From Chrysemys picta bellii (taxonomy: Eukaryota), in assembly GCF_011386835.1 (NCBI RefSeq), contig NC_088804.1, positions 25,172,001-25,236,000 of the forward strand: a stretch of 64,000 bases of DNA, written 5' to 3'. The translations under genes and the position numbers were made by a program. Below, piece by piece: positions 50,327 to 61,805 of this stretch (position 1 is its first letter; each line of letters begins with the position of its first letter). The notes beneath the pieces are model-generated. The model had not been told where the DNA came from. It made no database searches and saw only the letters and a list, made by a program, of their open reading frames with translations.

Positions 50327-50919
50327 TAGGGTTGCCAACTTTCTAATTGCAAAAAACTGAAACCTTTTGCCCCGCCCCTTTTCCAAGGCCCCCTCCCCGC
50401 TCACTCCATCCCCCCTCCCTCTGTCGCTTGGTCTCCTCCACCCTCCCTCCCTCACTTTCACTGGTCTGGGGCCCGAAGGGTTTCGGGTGCAGGAGGGGGT
50501 TGGGGTGTGGGACAGGGTGGGACACCATTTCCGGGAGGGAGTTGGGGTGTGGGCTCTAGGAGGGAGTTTGGGTGTGTGAGGGGGTTCAGGGTTGGGGAAG
50601 GGAGTTGGGCTGCAGGCGGGGGTGAGAGCTCTGGGTGGCGCTTACCTCGGCTGCCGGGAAGTGGCTGGCATGTCCCTCCAGCTCCTAGGCGTGGAGTGAG
50701 GCCATGGGGGCTCTGCGCACTGCCCCCATCCTGAGCACTGCCCCTACACCTAGGAGCCGGAGGGACATGCCAGTACTACACCGGCTGCTTCCCAGGAGCC
50801 GCACAGAACCGGGTAGGGAGCCTGCCAGTCCTGTGCCAACTGGACTTTTATCGGTGCTGACCAGAGCCGTCAGGGTCCCCTTTCCGACCGGATGTTCTGG
50901 TCGAAAACCGGCAACCCTA
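50327..50919. mobile_element. hAT MITE (tagggttgcc termini)
   Basis: TIR; perfect TSD agcataga. Confidence 0.85.
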
Positions 50920-51835
50920 AGCATAGATGCAGTCTACAGCAACAAAAGTGCTTTTTCTGTCACTGTTGGAACACCAGTTCTCCAAGTGACAGTCTCGGTC
51001 AATGGAAACATTCTTCCATCAACCTTGCTGCATCTATGCTGGGGTTTAGGTTGGCATAGCTATGGGCTTGGCATACCTCCCACCATTTCAAGTGGCTAAA
51101 GTGGTACGCAGTGCCACGAAGGTTTGGCCAGTCTGCCCCAAGCCAGAGATGGAGTGCTGGTGGCCAGCCCAAATTTGATTGGCGGTGAGACATAGCACAT
51201 GGGGTCGCAACACCACTCAAATTTGGTCCGGCTGCTGCTCCGGACATGGGGGGCAGCTGGACCAAGCCTGACTGGCACTGTGACACGTTGCAAGCTGGCA
51301 CATGGGGAAGGCCAAAGCAACTGCCCCCTTTGTCTCCTCTCCTCCCCGGGTGGCCCTGAAGGTGGGAAATGTTCTGTTTCAGCCAGGCCAGTGGCTTGAA
51401 GGTGCAGTTCAAAGCTGGACAGCCACACGAAACCCTGGCAGGCTACAGTGCTCGGGCCTTGGATTTTCCACCCCCCTGAGTGCCCTAGCTAGGGCGACCT
51501 ACATTTTAAGTTTACGCCAGCCCTGGGTGGCAAGGGCAAGGTGGACCCCTCCCCCCGCTCTCTGAGGGTTGGAGTGGGCGCCTCTGCCTGCGTGGCAGGC
51601 TAGGAGAGGGTCTGAGAGCAGTATGAGCTCTCACCCCCGGCTCTGGTGGGGATTGCAGATGAGGCGTGGGAGACGGGAGTGAGCGCAGTATTATGCAGCG
51701 TGCTAGGGTGCTAGGGGGTGTCGCTTGCACCCCAGCCCCACGCGGTGCTTGCAGCCACCTCCTTTTGTGCGAGGAGAGCAACCGCCTGGCTGCCGAGCCA
51801 TGGATGGGACCGCCTCGCCACATAACGGAGCAGCC

Positions 51836-51909
51836 GGCGCCGTGGCTTAGTTGGTTAAAGCGCCTGTCTAGTAAACAGGAGATCCTGGGTTCGAATCCCA
51901 GCGGTGCCT
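51836..51909 (+). tRNA. tRNA-Thr (anticodon AGT at 51870-51872)
   Basis: full cloverleaf: acceptor GGCGCCG/CGGTGCC, anticodon stem CCTGT/ACAGG, T-loop GGTTCGAATCC; sequence matches the vertebrate Thr-AGT type as recalled. Confidence 0.98.
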
Positions 51910-51927
51910 ACGCGGGCCGGGCCCGCG

Positions 51928-51947
51928 TTTTGCCCCGGGGTATTTTT
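51928..51947 (+). terminator. Pol III terminator T-runs downstream of the tRNA
   Basis: TTTT at 51928-51931 and TTTTT at 51943-51947. Confidence 0.6.
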
Positions 51948-52158
51948 ATCTCCGCTCCCTCCCAGGACAGGGGCCGAACTGGCTGGTCCGGCGGGGCCGC
52001 TACTGCCAGTGGTTCAGCTGACAGCAGGAGAAGCAGGGTCTCCCCCTTCTCTTCCGGAGCCAGTGAACGCCCTGCCCGCAGCCATGATCCCGCGCTCCCG
52101 AGCCCTCCCCGGCCCCTGAGCCGCTTCCCAGAGTCCTTACAGTGCTTGGCCCCCGCTG

Positions 52159-53650
52159 GCTGTGCCGCGGCCGCGTAGTGCCGCCCCCTCCCTGCCCCAG
52201 CGTGCTGGGCCCTGTAGTGCCTCCCCTTCCCCGCTGTGCCGCGCCCGCGTAGTGCCGCCCCCTCCCTGCTCCCGTTTGCAGTGCCGCGCCCCGTGTAGTG
52301 CCCCCCCCGCTGTGCTGCGCCCCGCATAGTGCCTACCCCTCTCCCCTCCCTGCCCCCCGCCTGCTGCGCCCTGCGTAGTGCCTCCCCCTCCCCGCTGTGC
52401 CGCGCCCGCGTAGTGCCCCCACCGCTGTGCTGCACCTCGCATAGTGCCTGCCCCTCTCCCCTCCCTGCCCCCCGCCTGCTGCGCCCACGTAGTGCCGCCC
52501 CCTCCCTGCTGTGCCGCGCCCGCGTAGTGCCGCCCCCTCCCTGCTCCCGTTTGCTGTGCCGCGCCCCGTGTAGTGCCCCCCCCCGCTGTGCTGCGCCCCG
52601 CATAGTGCCTACCCCTCTCCCCTCCCTGCCCCCCGCCTGCTGCGCCCTGCGTAGTGCCTCCCCCTCCCCGCTGTGCCGCGCCCGCGTAGTGCCCCCCCCG
52701 CTGTGCTGCACCTCGCATAGTGCCTGCCCCTCTCCCCTCCCTGCCCCCCGCCTGCTGCGCCCACGTAGTGCCGCCCCCTCCCTGCTGTGCCGCGCCCGCG
52801 TAGTGCCCCCCTGCTGTGCTGCACCCCGCATAGTGCCTGCCCCTCTCCCCTCCCTGCCCCCCCGCCTGCTGCGCCCTGCGTAGTGCCTCCCCCTCCCTGC
52901 TGTGCCGCGCCCGCGTAGTGCCCCCCTGCTGTGCTGCACCCCGCATAGTGCCTGCCCCTCTCCCCTCCCTGCCCCCCGCCTGCTGCGCCCTGCGTAGTGC
53001 CTCCCCCTCCCTGCTGTGCCGCGCCCGTGTAGTGCCCCCCCGCTGTGCCGCGCCCCGTGTAGTGCCTACCCCTCTCCCCTCCCTGCCCCCCGCCTGCTGC
53101 GCCCACGTAGTGCCGCCCCCTCCCCGCTGTACTGCGCCCGCGTAGTGCCTGCCCCCTCCCTGCCCCAGTGTGCTGTGCCACATAGTGCCCCCCGCTGTGC
53201 TGCACCCCGCATAGTGCCTGCCCCTCTCCCCTCCCTGCCCCAGTCTGCTGTGCCGCATAGTGCCTCCCCTCCCCCCTCCCTGCTGTGCTGCACCCCGCAT
53301 AGTGCCTACCTCTCTCCCCTCCCTGCCCCCCCGCCTGCTGCGCCCTGCGTAGTGCCTCCCCCCTCCCTGCTGTGCTGCGCCCGTGTAGTGCCGCCCCCTC
53401 CCTGCTGTACTGCACCCGCATAGTGCCTGCCCCCCTCCCTGCCCCAGTGTGCTGTGTCACATAGTGCCCCCCTGCTGTGCTGTACCCCATGTAATGCCTA
53501 CCCCTCTCTCCTCCCGCCTCGTCTGCTGTGCTGCACCCCGCGTAGTGCCCCCCCGCTGTGCTGCACCCCGCATAGTGCCTACCCTTCTCTCCTCCCTGCT
53601 CCCCGCCTGCTGCACCCTGCGTAGTGCCTGCCCCCTCCCCGCTGTGCTGC
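52159..53650. repeat. GC-rich minisatellite (30-50 bp variants anchored on tagtgcc) with a ~275-bp higher-order period
   Basis: recurring gtagtgcc/atagtgcc units; the unique marker cccgtttgc recurs at 52271 and 52546. Confidence 0.92.
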
Positions 53651-53924
53651 TCCTGTCAGTGCAAGGATATTTTGTGCCCTAGGCAAAACTTCCACCCTGC
53701 GCCCACCCCTCCTCCCTTCCCCCCAGAGCATCGCTTATTCTAAACTTTCAAAAATGAATACTGCATAATGTGGCATTGTTCATTACAATTAATACACGTT
53801 CGGCTTGAACATTTATTAATTTCATTATTTAGTCTACATATTTAATGAAAATAAATTGCCTTGGGTCTCCTGCAGGTGGCTAAAGTCCCTCCTGCCCCCC
53901 GGAACTGGAAAGTGCTGTTTTGGG

Positions 53925-54050
53925 GATCAGAGCACAGAGCTGGGAGTCAGGATCAGGCTTCTATTCTCCACCCTGGCACCAACTCACTGGATGACTTCAG
54001 GCAAGTTACTTCCCCGTTCTGGGCTTCAGCTCCCCCCAGCACTAAGGTGT
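53925..54050 (+). mobile_element. degraded MIR/CORE-like SINE
   Basis: ctgggagtcagga...gatgacttcaggcaagttactt...gggcttcag core. Confidence 0.5.
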
Positions 54051-54944
54051 GAAATGGTTCCTTGCTCCTGGGCTGGAAAGTGCAATGCAGGCGGGAGGGG
54101 GTGTCTGAAGGCCTGTCTTCCCCACAGGTGTGAGGCAAGGACGGAGTTCCAGCCTCCGTCATGACCGTCCGGGTTGCTTTACTCTGCCCCACGCCAATTG
54201 CTGCTGAAGCCCCTTACTCAGAGAGCTCTGGCCCAGGGCAGAGGCATCAGTGTCACTCTGGGCCTGATTTTCAGAGATGCTGAGCACCTGCAGTTCCCCC
54301 GATGTCTGTGGGAACTCCAGGGTACTCAGTACTTCTGAAACTCAGGGCAATTTATTTCGAATGCTGGGCCAGGACTGAGCCTGCAAAGGCAGGTCCATAT
54401 ACACCCCTCAATCCACAGCAGATCTCCCATCAATAACAATACAAGCAATCAGGAGAATGATGAGGGGCAGTTGGCTCAATGCTGGGAGTGGGGAGGATAT
54501 GGCCCTAATGTGGTCACTAAACTTCTACCTAGTAAAGTTACTGGTGCATCTGCTGTCATTCAGTGGGAGAACAAAAATCTCTTGGGTGCTGCAGCCTGCC
54601 CAGGGTTCAGCTGCACTCAACCTGAGTTGCTCACACACTTGCAGTGGTTGTGCACCACGCAACTGGTCACCCATGTTACATGAAAATCTGGCTCTGGCGG
54701 TGTCGTAATTAGACTTAACAGTTACTGCTGCATTTCCTAGAGCTGTTGTCCCAGGCTGGCTGCAGACTCAGGCAGACAGAACTGTGTCGGCTAGACACCC
54801 ATCACCTTTGGAAGATTTTCCTTGTAGCCATAAGGGCTCGAGACAGCCGTGTTTCTTCACTGAAAACTTGCAGTGTGCTGCTCCTGAATCCAAGATTAAT
54901 ACCTTGTGTGGGCAGGTGCAGAGCTCAGGGCTTGAAGGCCTCTG

Positions 54945-55080
54945 GTCTAATGGTCTGAGCCAGCGCAGAACTAGGAGCCTCGATCTCCTGTGTTCAAAGC
55001 AGGACTCCGACAACGACTTCCCAGGTGACCTTGGGCAAGTCATGTCCCTGTTCTCTGCCTCAGTTTCCCCCCAAATGGGG
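54945..55080 (+). mobile_element. degraded tRNA-derived CORE-like SINE
   Basis: ggtctaatggt head; gtgaccttgggcaagtc...ctctgcctcagtttcccc core. Confidence 0.55.
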
Positions 55081-55104
55081 CTCTATTTACCTAACCTGGT
55101 TACA

Positions 55105-55310
55105 CCGCCCCTCTCCTCTCCCTGCCCCCGCCTGCTGCGCCCCACGTAGTGCCTGCCCCTTCCCTGCTGTACTGTGCCCCGCGTAGTGCCATCCCCTCCC
55201 TCCCTCCCCTGCCTACTGCAGCCCACGTAGTGCCTGCCCCCTGCTAGGCCACGCCCCAGGTAATGCCTGCTCCCTCCCTGCCCCAGTCTGCTGTGCTGTG
55301 GCACCCAGTG
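55105..55310. repeat. detached, more degenerate copy of the tagtgcc minisatellite
   Basis: cccgcctgctgcgccccacgtagtgcctgcccc units shared with 52159-53650. Confidence 0.8.
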
Positions 55311-57334
55311 TCTAGTTCCCTGCCTTGTACCTGCTGTACCCATACTGCCTGGCATGCTGCCCTGCCCCCACGCCCAGTGACCTCTGTTTTGTCATACCAA
55401 CTGTGCCTGGTGTCATGTCCTGTCCTGAAAACCCCCCATCCTTCCCTGTGCTCTCTTTGCCCTGTGCTCTCTACACTGCTCTGCACCCATAGTGCCTTAC
55501 ACCCTAAAGCTTGGCAGCCTGCCCTGCAAGCTACATGGTCAGTTCTTACAGTGCCCTGCCCTGACCACTGCCTCCCCTGCCCTGCCCTGCCCTCCCTGCA
55601 CACAAGGCAGAAGCAGGTACCCCCAATACATGTGATTAAGTCTTTCCCCAAGCTGCTGGGGCTACTGCTTTTCCAGCTTCTCTCCTTGGGGTGGGCTCTA
55701 GGGAGTCCTCCCAAGACTGATTACGCAAGAGAGGAGATCAAGCTGCTGCTGAACATACACAACTCCTGTAGGCAGAAGATAGGTCCTCCACCTGCCAGTG
55801 TGCTCAAGCTGGTAGGTAGCTGCTCTCTGGGAAGCTCTTGTCCCACCAATAGCTCCATCCTTTACAGGAGAAGGAGCTAATGCATTCACTAGCAGAAAGT
55901 CTGTAGTGGTGGTTCTTCAGTATTTACTGGTTTGTACCAGTGGGCTTATTTTAACCATCCTGAGTATCTATAACCAAACTGTACCTTAAGAAGTTAACAA
56001 GTTTAGAGAGTATGACATTATCCTTTTTTTTGGGTCAAATAAAAATGACATTTTAGCATATTAAATTTAGCTGATGTGTTTTATATGTCCTGAACTCAAT
56101 ACTTCTCAAATTGTTTGAACAAGAGATACTAAGCTTCTCTTTTGATTGGAAGAGCAAGGTTCAGAAAAAAAAGGACAGAAAGAAAAGTTATCTCTATACA
56201 CTGCTTCCTCATTGCCTTTAATGAGGCCAGAGAGTGTCTAAATGAGTTAACAGGGTTTTCTTTGTTTATTGCCATTTCAGTAATTTCAAAGCAGCATGTA
56301 TTATTAAATGCATCAATTTAACATCAAATGGGTAATGGATAGAGAGTGGTTACTTATTATTTATGGTGCATGTTATACATTATTCTGGGTCATTGCCAGC
56401 CGGAGGATGATTAATAGTGGGGATTTAATAATATTTCAATATGGTGTTTTCTACTAAACAGTTTATTTAACAACAGATTTACAATGCCTATCACCATTAT
56501 TCTTGTCCTATAGAATATTGTGTTGACCCATGTTGCTGTAATTGAAGTTATACAGAGTAATGGGTTATTTTTATATTTTGAAAATATAAACCTACTATAT
56601 CTTCTCATAGTAGGTTTAATCAGTATTTTAGAATGTTTAAACAAGTGCTTTAGAGATAGCTAAAGCGCACGTTAGTTTGAATCAAATTGAAGGAAAATCA
56701 TATTTACTATAAAGGCTTAGAGTGCCTAGTCCATGTTTAATGTTAAATAAGTTGTGGTGTTGTATGTTTAGGCTGCTTAAGTTCTGTTGACAATTTCAGT
56801 TTTCTATAACAGAATTTTGAGGTGCCTATTCCTTGATGAGCTGAAATTTCCATCTCAAAACTCTCTGTTCCCTTGCTCTAAATCTTCAATAGCTTCTTAG
56901 TTAGGGAATGAACTTACTCTCTTCTTCTCTTTTTTCCCTATACTTGGGATTTATATTTGCAAAATGTATTACAGAAAAGTATTGACATCACTGAACAGCT
57001 TTGGGACTTTTTATTTAGCTTCCCCTACTGAAGGATTTCACAAATAAATCACTGTCTATTTCTTGTGTAAAGTGGAAACAAGTTCTCTGTGCCATTAGTA
57101 ATGCTGGGTGTATAGGGGGAAAAAGTAACATTTTAAATCTCAACCTTCAAAAATATTTATAACATTTAAGAGCCATATTCTGCCCTCAGTTATGCCAGTG
57201 TATTGACTTCAGTAGTGATATTCCAGAATTACACCAGTGTAAATGAGAGAAAAATTTGTCCCTAAATCTAATGGCAAAAGGCCAAATCCTGCAAACATTA
57301 CCAGGTGTTGTGAGTAACCTCAATGGAGTAAAGT

Positions 57335-57456
57335 TAAAGGGACCAGATGTCCCGATTTTATAGGGACAGTCCCGATAGTCAGGGCTTTGTCTTATATACT
57401 CGCCTATTACCCTCTACCCCGTCTCAGTTTTTCACACTTGCTATCTGGTCACCCTA
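57335..57456. mobile_element. hAT Blackjack-like MITE
   Basis: right TIR tctggtcacccta; perfect TSD agtaaagt. Confidence 0.82.
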
Positions 57457-58149
57457 AGTAAAGTATTAGAGCCTTAAGATCCCATCCACATACTTATACA
57501 TGTGAGTAACCTTAGTCATGTGTGGGGCTATGAATTGGCACGGCGGAATGCATGCATCTAATTTACAGGATCAGAGCTTCAGATTGTAAGATGCTCAAAC
57601 AGGGAACTTTCAGTTGTATTTATGTATAAGGTACTATATAAATAATATTTAATAATAGGCAATATAAAAAGTAAGCATAATCCAAAAAACAAACAAATTA
57701 AACAAATTTTACATTGAAAACTGAAAAAAATGTATTTTGGAGCAGTATCCTGGGTACCCTGGGAATAAACTTCCTTGTACAGACTTTATATATAAACACT
57801 GTATGGAGGAAAACAAAAGAACTATCATATGAAAAAATTCAAAGGAAAGAATAAATTAAGGCCATATTTATCATATCACACTATGATACTTTTCAGTAGT
57901 TCACTGATTAGTATTGTAAAGAAAACTCCAAGAAAAAGAAACTACTAAGGAGCCTGCCCATAATGCTGGAGTATAGATCTATAGCTGCATAGATAACAAT
58001 GATTTACAAAAAGTAAAATCTTGTATAAAGCATTTTTCTACTTCTTTGATCTTATTGTATGATAAGAACAAAATTACACAACTTCTTAGAATCAGTTCTG
58101 AAATAAATCCCTGGTCAAAATTCCACATCAGAGGAAATTTTATTATGGA

Positions 58150-58421
58150 TAAGGATATGATTTAGTCACAGAGGTCATGGAAGTCATGGAGTCCCTGAGT
58201 TTACCGGACCTCCATGACTTCTTCAGCTTCAGCTGTCAGCGGTTGTGGCCAGGGAAGAGCTGGGGCTGTGCGCCCCCTACCCCTCCGTGACTGTGGCCAG
58301 AGCTGGGAATTTTTTCATTTTTGTGTCTCAAAATATTTCAGTTTTACATGAATTTTTGTTTTTTGCCCGCAACCTGTCCATGACTTTGACTAAAAATAAT
58401 TGTGACCAAATCTTAACCTTA
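58150..58421. mobile_element. internally deleted hAT-type element
   Basis: TIR taaggatatgatttagtcac / gtgaccaaatcttaacctta; perfect 8-bp TSD attatgga. Confidence 0.8.
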
Positions 58422-58564
58422 ATTATGGATTGTATTAGTGGTGTTACTGCAGATTTTGTAGTAGTCCTTTCAGGCACTAGGAAAATGAGCATGAACATCC
58501 TGTGTTTTGGCAATTCTCTCACATACTGTATGTAACTAAACCAACTTGCTCCTAGCTCTTACAC

Positions 58565-58898
58565 CAGGGGTTGGCAACCTTTGGCACATGGCTCGCCAGG
58601 GTAAGCACCCTGGCGGGCCGGGCCGGTTTGTTTACCTGCCGTGTCCGCAGATTTGGCTGATTGTGGCTCCCACTGGCCGCGGTTCGCCATTCCGGGTCTA
58701 TGCGGGCGGCGGGAAGTGGCAGCCAGCATATCCCTCGGCCCGCGCTGCTTCCCGCCGCCCCCATTGGCCCGGAGCAGCGAACTGCAGCCAGTGGGAGCCG
58801 CGATCGGCCGAACCTGTGGACGCGGCAGGTAAACAAACCGGCCCGGCCTACCAGGGTGCTTACCCTGGCGAGCAGCGTGCCAAAGGTTGCCGACCCCG
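58565..58898. mobile_element. hAT MITE (caggggtcggcaa family)
   Basis: TIR; TSD tcttacac. Confidence 0.88.
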
Positions 58899-58918
58899 TC
58901 TTACACACTAGTGGAGGC

Positions 58919-59093
58919 TAGGGTTGCCATCCCTCCAGGGTTGGCCAGGACTCTCCCAGAATCGGCATTGGTCTCCTGGTGACTACTGAAAGCAATCCGG
59001 GAGATTTTAATAGGCTATTTTAAGAAAATGACATTATGTCATGTTGGGGAAAACAACCTCCCACAATAACTTCAGTCAGAGTTGGCAACCCTG
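58919..59093. mobile_element. hAT MITE (tagggttgcca termini)
   Basis: TIR; TSD gtggaggc/gtggaggt. Confidence 0.8.
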
Positions 59094-61205
59094 GTGGAGG
59101 TTGGTTTTGTGTTGGTCTGTTTTGGATAAAGTGTTATATCAATCTCTGCACTGTTGCTCGTAGGGGGACAGGATTATTCAGGATCTTTTTTGCTAAATGT
59201 GGTGCAGCCAATACACATGTCCCGCAGCTTGAAGAAATGCTGCACACAGGAAGAAATGCTTATGTGAGTCAGACATTTATGAACACTTTCTACGTGAGAG
59301 TGAATCTGTTAGATGAGGTACCAGTAATGTACACTTACAACATGTTGTATTTGAATTATTACATCAAAACCAATAATGAATATTCTTTTACAATTTATCA
59401 ACAGGAATGGCCTGGTGAGTTAGCCAGCATGGCTCAGGAGTGGCCTGGTAAATTCACTTTTGAACATGGTCAGTCTGAAAGACACTTTAACACATTTGAG
59501 GAAATGGGGCAAAATCTGAATAGATTCAGCAGCACAGATCCAATTTGTCTTGACTCCGTAAGAATGATTCTGTTTTTTTTTTTTTAATTTGGCTACCCAG
59601 AGTAATGAAGCCCAGCCTGCAGTAACAGATATATAGATATCTGTTTAATTATGTGAGAAATAACTAATATTTTAAAACTATGTTTATAAAATGCTGATGC
59701 TCCTGGAATGAATCATAGCACTGATTTCTTTCCATAGATAGATTAACGTAAAATAAATACATCACATACGTTTTTTTCCGTGTTTTAAATCTAGCCAATC
59801 AGGCAAACTGCTCTCTCTGTACATAAACTTCCATTGACTTCAGGTGGGAGAGGGGTCAAGAGTCTTGTATGGATGGGTCTATTTGTTAAATGTTATAAAG
59901 AAATTCCTGAAATAATATGAAACCTGCTTGGATGTATTCAGTGTCCATTCTGCTGCGGTATCAGTTTTTCCATACCCAATATCTTTTCCAAGGTTTGCAA
60001 CCACTCTGCTTTGAAAGGAAGAGTTAAGCATTTCCAATTTGTAATATTTGAAGAAGACAACCATTTCTTATTCACTTGTTTCAAAGTTTTGTGCAACTTT
60101 TTGAGGGACAAAAGTGACTTGAAATCCAAAAAATCATTCAGGACTCGGCCTTTGTCTCAGAGGGATCAAATACGTGGGCACACCCATGTGATGGTATATC
60201 CAGGCCCTGACTCTGCAAATACTTGCACATGCATTGTGAGCAGGCCCAGTGAAATCCAAGTTAAACATGTACATAAGTGTTTGCAGGATCAGTGCCAAGG
60301 AATATTGATTAACTGACTTGCATGAGTAGTTCCATTGACTTCAGTGGGGCCATTCACATGCTCAAAATTACTCACATGCATAAGTGTTTGCCAGATTGGC
60401 ATCCCAGTTCTCTCCTAGTATTTATCTCCTATATCTAGGTTATTTTAGCCAGTATCTTGAGACTTAAAGCAAACCCTCAAGAAATGAATTAATCAGCATG
60501 ACTCTGAAGTGTTTTAATGCAAACATAAAATTGATATTCTCTCTTAAAAAATTTGGACAATTATTCATGCTAAAATGATTCTTTAAAAATATTATGCCAT
60601 GTAAAATACCATGGAAGAATGTTTTGTAAAGCAATTAGAAAATGTGAAACAAATGCTAACATTTAATTTTAATCATTTTTGTGTGCATGTGTATGAGCAT
60701 GTTCTCTTTATATTTGTATAGGGTTATTTGACTCCCAAGTCTCTGGGGCTTTTGTTTGTTTTTGGACCCTTCATTCCCAGACCCCTTTCTGTTTGGTTCC
60801 TCCTCCCTCCTGCACAGTCTAAAGAGTTTGGAGCAGCAAAAGGGGCAGGGAACAAAGAACAGAAAAGGATGAGAAAAGAAAGGTTAATTTAAAAAAGATC
60901 TGAATTATGTGGCAGTGCTAATTAACACTCTGGGGACTGCTGTAGCCTGTTGAAGGCCACTTATATTTAACATAAGAGTGTAGTTACCAGTTTTTAAACA
61001 TCCTTAAAGTTCATACATCATCTGCCAAGTAGCAGGTTGGAGCAGCTGTCTCCCTATAAATATTTCCATTTTTGTTTTACAGGGACTTCAGCAAGTGTAT
61101 AGAGTTTTCCCACCCCCAGCACTTGCAACATCATGTCACTTAAAAAGAAATTGTACAGTTTATAAAATTATATTGCTCTAGGTTACAGCAAGTGGTGCTC
61201 ATAGG

Positions 61206-61805
61206 TAGGGCCCTATCAAATTTACGGCCATGGAAAATGTGTCACAGACCGTGAAATCTGGTCTTTTGTGTTCTTTTACCCTATACTATACAGATTTCAT
61301 GGGAGAGACCAGCGTTTCTCAAATTGAGGGTCCTGACCCAAAAGGGAGTTGCAGGGGGGTCAGAAGGTACCATACCATATCATTACATACCACGCCAACC
61401 TTCTGTGCTTCAGAGCTGGGCGCCAGAGAGTGGCAGCTGCTGACTGAGGGCCCAGCTTTGCAGGCAGCAGTGCAGAAGTAAGGGTGGCAATACCATACTA
61501 TGCCATCCTTACTTCTGCACTGCTGCTAGCAGTGGCTCTGCCTTCAGAGCTGGGCTCCTGGCCAGCAGCCGCCACTCTCCAGCTGCCCAGCTCTGAAGAC
61601 AGCGCCGCCACCAGCAGAAGTAAAGGTAGCAGTACTGCAACTCCCCCATAATAACCTTGCGATCCCCCCCATAACTCCTTTTTGGGTCAGGACCCTTACA
61701 ATAATGACACTCAGATTTAAAAAGCTGAAAAAATGAAATTCACGATTTTTAAAACCCTATGATCGTGAAATTGACCAAGATGGACCATGAATTTGCTAGG
61801 CCCTA
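61206..61805. mobile_element. hAT MITE (tagggcccta termini)
   Basis: TIR tagggccctatcaaattt / gaatttgctaggcccta; perfect TSD ctcatagg. Confidence 0.85.

Noticed and set aside
51908-53490. Long ORFs (343, 387, 293 aa and others) in several frames
   Set aside because: They are by-products of a stop-poor GC minisatellite; the translations are repetitive and have no domain features.
52159-53650. Possible CRISPR-like repeat-spacer array
   Set aside because: Eukaryotic context, no unique spacers, and units are variable tandem derivatives of each other.
55263-55634. ATG at 55263 as start of the CAP gene
   Set aside because: It would add 124 repeat-derived residues in front of the signal peptide; more likely a chance open frame.
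59036-59404. 5' part of the 183-aa ORF 59036-59587
   Set aside because: It begins within a MITE and has no CAP similarity; only 59405-59557 is bounded by splice sites and carries CAP motifs.
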